In this document: positions 38,278 to 51,726 of the stretch, one piece after another | How the letters are laid out: each line of letters starts with the position of its first letter | How positions within the stretch are numbered: position 1 is the stretch's first letter | NCBI RefSeq assembly: GCF_001194135.2 | Contig: NC_068982.1 | Coordinates: 16,086,156 to 16,150,155 of the forward strand | DNA length: 64,000 nucleotides | Origin: Octopus bimaculoides | Taxonomy: Eukaryota | Direction: 5' to 3' | Notes under the pieces: model-generated | Databases searched by the model: none | What the model was told of the DNA's origin: nothing | The model's input: only the letters and a program-made list of their open reading frames with translations | Translations under genes and position numbers: made by a program

Positions 38278-38645
38278 ACGCGTGGCTGTACGATAAGAAC
38301 CTTGCTTCTACACCACATGGTTCCGGGTTCGGTCTCACTACGTGGCGCCTTGGGCAAGTGTCTTCTGTTATAGCCAACCAAAGCCTTGTGAGTGGATTTG
38401 GTAGACGGAAACTGAAAGACCGTCGAATATATAGACGTGTATATGTATGTGTGTGTTTTTGTCCCGCATTCACTGCTTGACAACCAGTGTTGGTGTGTTT
38501 ACGTCCCCGTAACTAAGGGGATCGGCAAACGCGACCGATATGATGAGTATTAGGCTTTAAAAAGTTCAGGGATCGATTTGTTCGGCTAAAATCCTTGAAG
38601 GTGGTGCTCCAGCATAGTCGTAGTCAAATGACAGACAAGTGAAAC
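38278..38645 (+). mobile_element. SINE family A, diverged
   Basis: ccacatggttccgggttcgg...gccttgtgagtggatttggtagacggaaactgaaag body and tail. Confidence 0.8.
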
Positions 38646-38914
38646 AATATAGGTATACATACGTACATCCATACATATATACAAGCATACATGTATGTCT
38701 TTCTCTCTCTTTCCTTCTGTGTACACACATACACACACACGACAAATCGCGGATTTGGCGTGGGAGATTATTCATCGAAAACACGATGAGTACTATCTCC
38801 ACCTTGGAGCCACAACTATCAGCCTCGTTAAATAACTGGTTAATCTTCAGATGAATTAACTGAAGAAGCCTTTTATTCACGATCGTAGTGATTTTCAACT
38901 GAAACTTGAATTTA

Positions 38915-40520
38915 GCATGCAGAGAGTTACTACAAACAACATGGCTGGACACAACAACAACACACTCGAGGAACAGAACGAAAGCAACAGCTCACCAGGT
39001 AAACAAATTCTTTCTAGCTGTAGTTATAGCAGAAACCGTAACTACAAAACTCATTTCTCTTTGAGTTACGAATTGAATGATATATTTAACTGCTACAATA
39101 AAAGTGAAACAAGACCCCACTGTTGGCCCGTATGAAACAATGGAAATCATATTGGGACGATCTGCATCCAGAATTAAATCATTTTACTGCGAAGCAACTG
39201 CGCCAACCAGCAACATTTGTAGAACATAGAAAGGTTAGTAACTGTAACTTTATTAAAAAAAAAAAAAAATTTAACGTTCTTTCAAGCTCTATAAACAAAA
39301 ACGTGACTGATGTAAGACCACCACATGGTTTCGCAGCTAGCGACATTCCAACAGATTCCATAGTGCCTGCCAGCCAAACTACATTACTGGCTCAAGTAAC
39401 TGACCACTGTCCCCCTGATACGACTATGGTAAATAGCAACGATTATTATTATTGTAGTAGCAGTCAGGATTATATTCCGATGAAATGTGCCCTTAGTGAA
39501 ATTTTCCGAGAAAAAGTAACTTTGGCTTTGAAGGACTCTCTCGAGAATAGAGAACTCTCGACTAAAGTAAGTAAAAAAACCCACCAGATACAGTATTAAT
39601 AGCTGTTAAAATTGGTGATGAGTATTTACAACAGTGTGATGAACCCATATACTAGCAGATTAACGCCTGTCTATACGCTCTGGCCACTACTGTAAAACAG
39701 TACATAAATGATATTCAAAAAGTAAACAAAACCGAAATAACAAAGAAAATACCATCATGGGGTTTGAAGACAGAAAAAAAGATAACTGGTTTACGGAAGT
39801 CCATCAGTCATGTAATGATGCTTATTGCGTGCAAACAAGCAAATCACTATACGTCCTACCAACAGAAAGTAAAGAAGGAGATAGAAATGATGTTTGGAGA
39901 CAGCGAAAAGTGGACACTCACTTGCAAACTGATTACCCCCAAGCAGGAGCTGAAAGCTGTCAGTGAAAAACTCCAGCATCAGAAGAAAATAACCGAGAGA
40001 AGAATAAACAAAACAATTTAACCGCAACCAGGTAGCAATATACAGTGACATGGGAGGAAGAGCGATAAATATTACGGAAACTCCTTAACGAGAAGACACT
40101 CCTTCTAGAAGAAAATCTGGAGTGAAGAGAAGGAATTTAACCAAGATGCTCTGAGGCTAGAAGAAATCCGAAAAAGTTATTGCTCCTGCGTTACATCCCA
40201 GAAACTCCAGGATAGAAAAGCACTTTGAAGAGACTTGATTGTTGTATATTGGTATAAGAAGCTAACATTCTACCGACCGTACCTTATCGGACTGTACCAG
40301 CACGCTTTCATTGGGAACAGTAGCATACCACACTGGCTAGATCTGGCAGAAACAAAATTAATCCCCAACTACAGAATCACCCACATGGCAAAAAAACTAC
40401 CGGCCATTTGCATGGCAGATCAATGTATAAGATATATACAGCATGTTTAAACCTGTTCCTCCAAGACTATAGTGAAACAAAAAACATTATCACAGCATAA
40501 CAAGCAGCTGGGAAGAAGAG
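38915..40520 (+). mobile_element. R4/Dong-like retrotransposon, N-terminal half up to early RT, decayed and 3'-truncated
   Basis: RMKQWKSYWDDLHPELNHFTAKQLRQ N-terminal motif; IPHWLDLAETKLIP; frameshifted KNYRP...YKIYTACLN; ends near QAAGKK. Confidence 0.7.
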
Positions 40521-40973
40521 AGTCTTAAACTCTCTGGGATGCCACCTCATAACTTGACACTAAAGCTAGGTGCTTCCATTATGTTGCTTAAGAATCTTGA
40601 CCCACCTCGCCTCTGTAATGGAACTTGCTTAATTGTTACTTCCATGAAGCCCCATGTCCTACAAGCAACAATCATAACATGTAGTCACAAGGGCGAAGAT
40701 GTTTTTATTTCAAAAATTCCTCTCATACCTACAGATGTTCCATTTGAATTTAAGACGCTCCAGTTTCAAGTCAAACTAAATTTTGGTATTTCAATTAACA
40801 AATCTCAAGGTCAATACCCCAAGGTAGTCGGACTTCATCTCTCTACATGCATCTCCCACGACCAACACTGTGTTGCTTGCTCACGAGCTGAAAGTAGCAA
40901 CAATTTATTCATTTGGACACCACCAACAAATTTCACAATGAATATTGTTTACCCTGAGGTGCTTCAAGAATGA
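40520..40973 (+). mobile_element. Helitron PIF1-like helicase C-terminal fragment
   Basis: MPPHNLTLKLGASIMLLKNLDPPRLCNGT...IPLIPTDVPFEFK.LQF...SINKSQGQ...VACSR...NIVYPEVL matches RepHel helicase motifs. Confidence 0.92.
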
Positions 40974-41082
40974 CAGATTTTCAGCTCTAAATTCTATTCA
41001 CATTACAATTTAGATATTTAAAAAATAAAATATAAATATTTGGAACACTCTGCCATGGGATACACCTAATGTTAAAGAAGAT

Positions 41083-41255
41083 GATGCCACTTGTTATTAA
41101 CACCACCGTTCTCTCTGGATGTGGAAAAGGAGGAGGTTTTCATACCTAGGATTCCTCTCATTCCGTCGAGAGCAAAAATTCCTTTTTAATTCAGAAGACT
41201 GCAATTTCTTATTCATATCAGCTTTGCGATGTCTATCAATATATCCCAGAGACAA
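41083..41255 (+). mobile_element. Second Helitron helicase fragment, more diverged
   Basis: Frameshifted MPLVINTTVLSGCGK...FIPRIPLIPSRAKIPF*FRRLQFLIHISFAMSINISQRQ. Confidence 0.8.
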
Positions 41256-41321
41256 ATGGAGAACAGCCGAAATTTATTCAAGTGAGAGGGTGCAAAGTTA
41301 AAACTGACGCCACCAACGGAG

Positions 41322-41530
41322 GTGACAACAAACAAGGAACTGACGACAGTGGTGTGCAGAACCCTGTCACTATTAGCTAGAAAGATAGCAATGGCGATAG
41401 ACGTTGAAGAATGTCTGAATAAGTTGAGCGATAAAGTCGAATTTTCCTGTAGAGGCAGGAAATTTGGAACGGTGGAGGTGCGCTTCTCGACTTTCAGCTG
41501 CCTTACAACCTCCGCAACACTTTCGCGTTT
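41322..41530 (+). mobile_element. Fragment of a LINE ORF1 related to 33651-33857
   Basis: VEFSCRGRKFGTVEVRF versus ISYLARGRKYGPIEVQF. Confidence 0.55.
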
Positions 41531-42189
41531 CGCTACTGCTGCGTAACTGCCGGCACGCACTTGCTCTTCCTCCATTGTAGCTTTTTCCCCCCACTAGGAG
41601 AGAAAAACCACGAAGCAAAAGCAAAACAATCTTACAATTCAAACAAGCAACAGGCACCCCGCTAGGGAGGATCTTCAACAAAGGATAACTATCCGTAACA
41701 CAAAATTTCAAAAACTTCGGCTTAAACCTTGTTAACCATCTTAAGACAACTGGATTGCTGATAATTAGAGATATTTTTTTTTTTTTACCCACAGGGGGGG
41801 GGGGGGCTCACACAGACGGGACAATACAATACATGCTGAGACATATAACAATTAAAAATATGAATGAAAATGTTCCACCTACCTTATCTCAGCAGCATCG
41901 CTTACTTCTTCCCTTCCTTTTAAATCCAGTTCCCGTTTACTCCCTCGAATCTCTTCCCCCGTTCCTCATTATATATACAGTCCATCACACTATGTATGCA
42001 GAATGTTAGTGGGAACAGTCTAAAAATTCATGTGATATTTGTGATTTATAATTTACAATGATCGTTAACTTATACATAGAAGGTTAATAGGTTCGAATGC
42101 GACGCTAAACTCGTGAATTACTAAGATGCCAAAGTATAAAGAATTTAACGCCTAAACTCTAAGTTGATCAAGTCTAACCAAAGTGGAAG

Positions 42190-42900
42190 AATTCATTATT
42201 TTATTAAGGTAAGTCGACGTTCATAGGATCGAATTCTATCCTTTCTACTTTTTAAAAAACTTAAATGTAGCTAAATATTTATGCCTACATGCAATTATAA
42301 CTCACACCTTCCAGTATACGTTTTATATGGGTTGGTTTCCGTTATGATCGACCAGTCTAATGTAAATTCCTAATCTTGCATTTTTGATTTGTCAATATAT
42401 GTAGCCAGCGCTGTTGCATTTTTGTTCCTGAGTTCAATGATGAGCTGATGTGTCCTCTCTAGTTTTGAAATTTGTGGTACTTCCTATGTAATCTTTCTTA
42501 GGTTGATTGGCAGTTAAGACCTCAGTCTTGTATACTACCTTGTTCCTTAGACTGGAACTCCCTAATGAACATAAATTGCGGTTCTGACAATTGCAGGCTT
42601 TATTTCGGTTGTTCATCCCTGTGCGTTCTTTATTTATGTTATTATTAATCCTACTCGTATTGGGGCTACCTATATTCCCGTAATTCCCAAGCTTAAATCT
42701 ATTGTTCCCTGTGATTATCGATCCTAAATTTATGGTCCTATGTGCCATAAATACCGTTCTATCTTTAATAGATCCTGTCTAAAACTTTCATACTCAACTA
42801 CGCCTAGTTTAGGATCGATAATATCTTTAATTATCAGCAATCCAACTGTCTTATATAGTTAACCAGGTTTAACCCGAAATTTGAGCCCTCGTTTTATTTT
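42190..42900 (-). mobile_element. Penelope-like element GIY-YIG region, decayed
   Basis: CNCQNRNLCSL...NKVVYKTEV...KDYIGSTTNFKTR, then NATALATYI...DWSII..TNPY...CEL, typical of PLE endonuclease domains. Confidence 0.82.
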
Positions 42901-43818
42901 ATTCTTACAAATATTTAAAATTTTATTTCATTCGTACAAATGTTTTACTTCACAAATTTTTCCACTTCACAAAGCTTTTCTATATCCTTGCGAACTTTTT
43001 TTAAAATTACTGTAGCATTAAAAATAAAAAAATACTAGAACATCTTTTAAAAAATATATAACACTGCTCGCTACGACTTCAAGTTCTGTAAGTAAGAGAT
43101 ATTTTAAGCTTTCTTAATTTTTAAACTATTTAAATCGAGTTATTTGTACCTCTGATGAGNNNNNNNNNNNNNNNNNNNNNNNNNNNNNNNNNNNNNNNNN
43201 NNNNNNNNNNNNNNNNNNNNNNNNNNNNNNNNNNNNNNNNNNNNNNNNNNNNNNNNNNNNNNNNNNNNNNNNNNNNNNNNNNNNNNNNNNNNNNNNNNNN
43301 NNNNNNNNNNNNNNNNNNNNNNNNNNNNNNNNNNNNNNNNNNNNNNNNNNNNNNNNNNNNNNNNNNNNNNNNNNNNNNNNNNNNNNNNNNNNNNNNNNNN
43401 NNNNNNNNNNNNNNNNNNNNNNNNNNNNNNNNNNNNNNNNNNNNNNNNNNNNNNNNNNNNNNNNNNNNNNNNNNNNNNNNNNNNNNNNNNNNNNNNNNNN
43501 NNNNNNNNNNNNNNNNNNNNNNNNNNNNNNNNNNNNNNNNNNNNNNNNNNNNNNNNNNNNNNNNNNNNNNNNNNNNNNNNNNNNNNNNNNNNNNNNNNNN
43601 NNNNNNNNNNNNNNNNNNNNNNNNNNNNNNNNNNNNNNNNNNNNNNNNNNNNNNNNNNNNNNNNNNNNNNNNNNNNNNNNNNNNNNNNNNNNNNNNNNNN
43701 NNNNNNNNNNNNNNNNNNNNNNNNNNNNNNNNNNNNNNNNNNNNNNNNNNNNNNNNNNNNNNNNNNNNNNNNNNNNNNNNNNNNNNNNNNNNNNNNNNNN
43801 NNNNNNNNNNNNNNNNNN

Positions 43819-44118
43819 ATTTAAACTCAGAACGTAGCGGCAGACGAAACACCGCTAAGCATTTCGCCCGGCCTGCTAACGATTCTTATTTCTGTATTGC
43901 CCTCAAGGGGCTAAACACAGAGGGGACAAACAAGGACAAACAAAGGTATTAAGTCGATTACATCGACTCCAGTGCGTAACTGGTACTTAATTTATCGACC
44001 CCGAAAGGATGAAAGGCAAAGTCGACCTCGGCGGAATTTGAACTCAGAACGTAACGGCAGACGAAACACCTCTAAGCATTTCGCCCGGCGTGCTAACGAT
44101 TCTGCCAGCTCGCCGCTT
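43819..44118 (-). mobile_element. SINE family C dimer
   Basis: Full copy 43887-44118 joined at gattct|tatttc to a truncated copy running into the gap. Confidence 0.85.
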
Positions 44119-44242
44119 TCTATGTAGGACATATTAAAAGTGATATAGACTGAGAGCATGAAATTAGTCCAGCATGGCCGCAGTCAAATGACTGAAACAA
44201 GTAAAAGAATAAATGAGGAAATGAGTAGGGTTCGAATCCTGC

Positions 44243-45978
44243 TGTGAGGAAAGAGAGAGAAGCAACGTGATAAAGTTTATCATTCTGGAGCAGTCGGTGA
44301 AAGGAAGTGCTGTTTGGAAAATGTGAAGAACCCAGAGGTGCGTAAGTTTTGAGGGAAAAGATGAGCTTCTGTTCCTACTCGAAGCGGGTGGTAGAAAATC
44401 CGCTGCTGGATTTTCCCCAGTCGGATGTCTATGAACTGGTGAAGTTCATATATGTCGGGAACGCATTTGACTTGTGAAAAGGCATTCGAAAATTTCTCGC
44501 TTTAGCTGAAAAGTGTTAAAAAGCACTAAAGCCAGTCCAAAGCTAGTCCACAGCTCCCGCCCCACGAATTGCAAGGTACTTTTCTAGCTTCTTAGCTGTC
44601 TTCAGTATCAAATACGAAGAGAGGTATGTATGCATGCATATGTGTGTGTGTGTGTGTGTGTGTATGTGCGTGTATGTGTGTGCGTGAGTGATGGTATGTC
44701 TCGAAAATTGTGTGGATTGAATTCCTCGTTGGCAGTTTTCTAGTATGTCACTACTAATTTAAGTGGTCAAGTTTTTAACCTTATTTCGCAGTAGGCGTGA
44801 CATTAGAATCCCGCAGGCGATGTTATAGCTCTTTCTGTCTTCTATATTATATGTATATGTATGTCTGTGTGTGCGTTGTATAAGGTCAATAGATATCAAA
44901 TTGACTACAGAACGAACAAATTTTAATAAATATGGTTTGAGGAGTTAGTCCTTCGGAAGTTAGTCCTTCGGAAGTTAGTCCTTCATCAGAAAGAAAATAA
45001 AAAGTGAAATATTGGGAGAGGAAGGGAGATAGAAATTGTGAAAGTATAAAAGAAACATAATTGCAAAATATTTTTTAAATGATTTGGAAGGTCACAGGAG
45101 ATTTGGAAGGTCACAGGGGGAAGGCAAGGTGTTATAAACTTGAGAATTGCTGTTTTATGGAGCAGCTGAGAGGGGAGGAAATGTCAGATATGTAGATGCT
45201 AGTGTCAGAATATATCTGTATCTGAAAGGGGTCATAAGGGAGTGCATTTGTTTTGGTAAGTTGTATGTACGTGCATAGATGTGTGCAAGAATGGAAGTAT
45301 GGCGGTGCTGGTTGGCGAGGTTATTGATGTGTAAGGATGTAAAAGCGTGTGAGAGTATGGAAATAGAGGTGTTGAATAGGATGGCAAAAGCAAGGTGGAC
45401 GATGTTAATTATGTGTGAGCAAGTGGATAAACAAAAGCTTGTGGGGATAGAAAATTGCCTTTTCATTGCGTGCTGGTTTGAAGAAATAATAGGGAAGTGT
45501 AAGAGAGGTTCGAGATGTTAAATTTTGAAAGCGAGGAAAAACTGTTTGAGATGCTGAATTCCAAGTGAAAAGAAAATTCGAAAAATTAGTAAAAAATACA
45601 AAATACAAAAAGCCTAAAGAATGGTACAAACTGAGAAGAAAGTGAAATAAACTGGATGCAAGAATGTAAAAAGAAAAACGTAGTTACACATGTGCTACAA
45701 AGAAGAAGGAAGGAAAATGGCTGACGAAAATAGGAGAACAAAAGAGGTCATTTTTTAGAGAGGAGTGAACACAAGGAAAAAAAAGCGACAGAAGAATGTG
45801 AGTCGCGTCTGTGAGAGAAAGGTGTAAACTGGCTATAGAGTGAGTTGTGGTGAAACAGAAGCGACAGGTATTATTGCAAGAAAGAAATGGACGTGTCAGT
45901 GGTGCGAATCAAAACAAGGAGTGCCGCAATCTAGAAGTATGTATGTATGAAAGTTCCAGTGATCATGCATTTATGAAT

Positions 45979-46018
<40 letters not shown>

Positions 46019-46720
46019 GAGTAGGTGTGTGTCCGCGTGCCGGTGTGTGCTTCTCGAAGAGACAAGATAAAAAATGGATAAAGGTATCTGTATGTGTGCC
46101 TATAGGTGTGTATAAATGAATGTGTGAACGTGCTGGTGGGGGGATCGAAAGAAAATCTGTACATGTAGGTGTGTATGTAGAAACTGGATATGTGGAGGAT
46201 GTGCGTAAGTATGAGAGTAAGAGGGATAAAGTGTGGTAGTGAAAGGGGGACAAAAGTAGAAGGGGATGTGGTTAGCGCTACGATTGTGAGGAAAGAGAAA
46301 GAAACAGTGTGATAAAGTTTTTCATTTTGGAGCAGTCGGTGAAGGGAAGTGCTGCTTAGAAAATGTGAAGAATCCAGGGGTGCGTAAGTTTTGAGGTAAA
46401 AGATGAGCTTCTGTTCCTTCTCGAAGCGGGTGGTAGAAAATCCGGTGCTGGATTTTCCCCAGTCGGATGTCTATGAGATTTTCAAGAATAACCATTGAAA
46501 ATTAATGACTATTAACAATATCTACGTATTCTTCGAAGGGAAGTGCTGTTTAGAAAATGTGAAGGGCTGAATTTAAACCCAGAAGTGCGTAAGTTTTGAG
46601 GAAAAAGATGAGCTCCTGTTTTTCTCGAAGCAGGTAGTAGGAAATCCGGTGCTGGATTTTCCCCTGTCAGATATCTATGAGATTTCCTGCGAATCTGTCG
46701 GACTGTCGGTGGCTAGTAGG
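44243..46720 (-). mobile_element. Three copies of a Penelope-like 3' end (about 44243-44450, 46285-46480, 46534-46720), with purine-rich intervening remains
   Basis: Copies are mutually similar; minus strand RQSDRFAGNLIDI and LREKQELIFFLKTYALLGLNS match the PLE GIY-YIG C-terminus. Confidence 0.7.
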
Positions 46721-47177
46721 TTTAAAGAAACAGAAGTGGAGAAGGTGGGGATAGGTTGGTCGACATACAGTAACGTCGAGGGAATTAAGGGAGGTAGTAG
46801 AAATATAGGAATAAAAGGAGCAAACGAAAGAGAGAGAAGAATTTAACCTCTGTGGTTGTAAAGAATTGGCTTACTTCGGACGCAGGTATGATAGGTTGTT
46901 GATTAGAAGTGCTGGTATTTCTAGCATTTCCAGAGACCACGAAGAGGTTCCGTTGAGTGGTTCTTAGTTGTTTTAGAGAGTGTGTATGCGTGAGAGAGAG
47001 AGAGAGAGAGAGGAAAAGAGAGAGTTGAGCTCGTCTGTGTATGTATGTAGGTATGTATGTATGTAGGTATGTATGTATGTGTGTGTATATAGGTGTGTGT
47101 GTGTGTGCGTGATACATGTATGTGTGTGTATTCTAACACACATACGAACACATTTGCATATGGTGTGTGTATGTATA

Positions 47178-47213
<36 letters not shown>

Positions 47214-47625
47214 CATACACACATTACACACATATGTGGAATAAACCTTAAATTGTATATTTTATTGTCTATTTAAACAACCGTTCTTTTGAAAATTGAC
47301 AATTTTTCTATTTCATCTAACAATGTTGTTATATTTATCAATGCAAACGAAGTCCATTATACTTTTCGAGATACGATAATAGAAATAAGAATATATATAT
47401 ATATATATATATACACGAAAGAAAACATTGCCAAACAATGTGTATGGTTGGTTAGAATATCAATAATTCTAACTTTAAATAAATTGTGAGAACGTACAAT
47501 GATATGAAAGTAAATAAGTGGGGAAAAATGCGTTAACATAAACTGAAATACCAGATATGTTTCCAATTAGTTTCTATATTATGTTAAATAATTCAAAGAT
47601 AACTGTTCATTTGTTTGAACTAATA

Positions 47626-47664
<39 letters not shown>

Positions 47665-48335
47665 CAGTCACCAACGCTTATACTTCGCTACCGTTTTATT
47701 TTTTCCTCCTCTTTCTGGTTCTTTGCCTTTCGCTCGTATGTGATAAATATAGTGTTGAAGCGACATCAAATTTCCTGGTGACATTCATAACGACCACGTT
47801 ATACAGATTAACATCGGAGAGTGCCGTTCGTCTTCCCTGTCAAGATAAGCTTTAGAAAATAAATATTTTATTGATTATATAAGCTACCAGTTGTATGTGT
47901 ATATAAACCTCAACATATATCACATAAGGTTCATAGATAATTTTGTCGCAGTTTAACCTTTGGCAGTTAAGCTACTCTACAACTAACGTAGTCAAAGTAT
48001 CACGCCTAAACTCTTTGTTTATGGCGTGCAAGAGTACACGATTGGGATTTAAATATAAACTGTATAAATATATACGATAAGCTTTCTAACATGTTTTCCA
48101 ACGGGATATTAGCATTGAATTTAATACTGGACTTTGTTAGAGACGAGCAGAATCGGCTAATTGTTACAGGAGTTAACACGTATCAGCCATTCTTATGTGA
48201 TATGTCATGAGGTTAAAATAAAAATAAGCATTTATAAGCAAAGTTTGACAGGAAAAGGCATCAGGCACTTTGTGGTGCAAACAGTAACGCGGTCGCCTAA
48301 AATACGATCTCTCCTGCTTTCTCTCTCTCTCCCTA

Positions 48336-48387
<52 letters not shown>

Positions 48388-48951
48388 NNNNNNNNNNNNN
48401 NNNNNNNNNNNNNNNNNNNNNNNNNNNNNNNNNNNNNNNNNNNNNNNNNNNNNNNNNNNNNNNNNNNNNNNNNNNNNNNNNNNNNNNNNNNNNNNNNNNN
48501 NNNNNNNNNNNNNNNNNNNNNNNNNNNNNNNNNNNNNNNNNNNNNNNNNNNNNNNNNNNNNNNNNNNNNNNNNNNNNNNNNNNNNNNNNNNNNNNNNNNN
48601 NNNNNNNNNNNNNNNNNNNNNNNNNNNNNNNNNNNNNNNNNNNNNNNNNNNNNNNNNNNNNNNNNNNNNNNNNNNNNNNNNNNNNNNNNNNNNNNNNNNN
48701 NNNNNNNNNNNNNNNNNNNNNNNNNNNNNNNNNNNNNNNNNNNNNNNNNNNNNNNNNNNNNNNNNNNNNNNNNNNNNNNNNNNNNNNNNNNNNNNNNNNN
48801 NNNNNNNNNNCTCTACCGTTGTGCTATATAATGGGGTGGAAGTAAGGGATATATATATATATGGGAGAATATACAAAAAATAACAACAGACGAGGACAGG
48901 TGGTGTAAATAACAAAAGTATATATTAGTATGACGCTCGGGAATACGGAAA

Positions 48952-49017
<66 letters not shown>

Positions 49018-49264
49018 TTAGTAGCGTACGGTTTACACTTCAGCTATCGAAGATATTCATAAAACTCAGAATAGTAACAGAATAATATTAGCACTATAAT
49101 AATTATTCTCTACTTCTATATTTATTTCTCTCTCCTGTCTGTAAATTCAAACGTGCATAACACACACAAACACTCACACGCGAATGCGCATATTTGAAGA
49201 CACAATACATCTGTCTGTATAGATAGATAGACAGATAAATTAGCATTCGTGAGGATTGATATTG

Positions 49265-49455
49265 GTTTCAAGTTTTGGCACAAGACCAGCAATATCAGGG
49301 GAGGGGTACTCAGCTGGTGCTTAATTTATCGACTGAGGAAGGACGAAAAGCAAAGTCGACCTCAGCGGAATTTGAACACAAAACGTAAAAAAACGGACGA
49401 AATGTGGCTAAGTATTTTGACTGGCGTGCTGACGATTTTGCCAGCTCACTGCCTT
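49265..49455 (-). mobile_element. SINE family C, diverged
   Basis: caaagtcgacctcagcggaatttgaac...gacgattttgccagctc. Confidence 0.75.
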
Positions 49456-51726
49456 ATCTGTAAAGGATAAATAATAGAAATGAAAATAATCGTTCCATTA
49501 ACTGTTGCTTTATCTAAATCTTGATATTTACTTACTAGCCGACGTGTTTGTAGGTATTTGGGTTAATTAGAAAGAAAACAGACGCGATAAATTTGGGTGA
49601 CGAATTTGAATGAGCGAACTGTTTTTCTATATATTTTGCTTTTACTCTAAACCAAACCCAAAAACATAACACTTAAATACTAACAACTTCGCCCGAATTC
49701 ATTATTGTTTAAGCTATTAAGATGAAAAGATATATTCGTATATATTCCTTTCTGTTGCTCAACCCTTATAGATGAAAATTAGTTTGTATTGCCTAACTTT
49801 GAAAATGTAACTAAATTTAAACTTGTTTTATAGTACGTGGTTTGCTTCGCGGCATACGGTAAAAAGTACTCTATAAAATTGTTTTAAAATCACGATTTTA
49901 TTTAATGGAAGGAGGTTAACTCAGCAGTATCAATAATATATGAGTCGTAAATTTCATTCGTTCAACCGTAGTTATTAATGAGGAAAATAATAATTAAGTT
50001 CACTTATTGCAAGACAAGTTTAATGTATCGAAACGGAGAAATCGAATTGCAAGCCTATTAATTAGCATCCGACAGAAGCGAAATAAGTTTGTCCATTTAC
50101 CGTTACCATTCAATCTGATTATTTTAATTTAATTAAATCTGTATTAAATTTTGGAAGAGTTCCGAGTATTGGATCAAACTTAAACGCCTAACAGTTTTGT
50201 AATTGTTGAATTCAGTATAATACTGCAGTAATAGAGCAAGTGCAAAATCAGTGAATCGGAATTGAAAGCTTTCAAGTACTTCATCTAAAGATATCTGAAG
50301 TATATTGGATCTCAGAAGTGTGCTGTGTATTCGATGAGCTTTAAACACATAGACCTTCCTAAAAGTTGAATTGAGTTTCGTAATATAATAACAGTAAAGC
50401 GTTTAGTATGAGGATGGTGCTTATTCTTATTATTTTTGCTGCTGGGTTAATCTGACACTCATGACGTCATAACTTCTTCAAAAAATCTGCTTTCATTCAA
50501 CCGGCCTATGAAGTTGTAATGTGACACAAGCAATGAATTCAACATAATGTGTGTTGAGAAATATATGAGACCTCATCAGAAACTCTGTTTAGTCTGTAAT
50601 TTGTAACTTGGAAAATGCAACGGCCGGTACAGAAAGTAATCTATTTGCGATTCATTTTGAGATCTTCTCTTCCCGTATGCAAACGACACTAGAGGGAAAC
50701 AAAACTGTAACTTTGAATTCAACCGTAGATCAAGCTCGTACTTCGAAGATAGTCACAAAGATTTTTAGACCTATGATTCTGCTCTTCTTGTTAAAAAGTG
50801 TGTTGTAGCCTCTGCCAATGTAGCGAAAAATGAAAATTTGAATACTGGCTCAAATCAAACCTCTAGCAGAGCTTCAACTTCTGCAATTAGTTACCTCATC
50901 AGAGTCAAAGGTTTTACTTTTACGGAAATTCACCTCTATATTTCTTGTTTCAAATGCAAAAAAAGAACAATTTTTATAGATCTAAAAGTCCTTGACGGAA
51001 GTAGTAAGCGCTTCTATTCTCTCTGCGGCGCTTGCTCGTATACTTGTGTGTTAAAGCCTATCATTGATTTAGCCATTCATGGAATCACAGGCAGTTCTGA
51101 AGAATTCATATCTGAAATATTTGTACCTAAGTAAATTTAAGGTCGCTAATGAATGACTATATAAAGTATCAATGGCTTCAGTTAAATTGACTACGCAAAT
51201 CAAGAAATATTGTAAACTAGGCTTAAAGATATAAAAAGACTGATACTAAAACATTATTCTTGGTACTCCTTTTCAAAGTAATTATTTATCTAAGAAGAAG
51301 AATTCGGAGGCTAAGAGTAGAATGTGGATGCCACCAATAAGACATGGAGATTTTGCTGTTTAGCTCGATAAAAGTCAATCTGCGTGGAATTGTATTAAAT
51401 GCAGCAACTCACGTGAAATGCAACCGTAATAATTCCACAAAAATCACAATTATTCACCGAGACAGTTTTCACAAAGTAACACAACAGTATTCACAATAAT
51501 TCACAGAGCCGTTATACCGCGAAGCAGTTCGACCGGCGTGCTAACGTTTTAGCCAAGCTCGCCGCCGTAAGTAGAAAAAATGTGTTGCGTTGATAAAGTA
51601 TCGACTGTTTTTGAGACAAACGGTCGATCGATTTGGTTTGAACGCCTCATTTCAATTTGGTGAATAATGATGTGTGTTTACAACAAATACTTGTTTGTGA
51701 GAATAAGCTGGAAAGCACATATGACT

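Noticed and set aside
43130-43952. Long ORFs of 240-265 aa (also 13.7, 29.1, 32.3, 33.9 and 48.2 kb)
   Set aside because: Artefacts of N runs translated as X.
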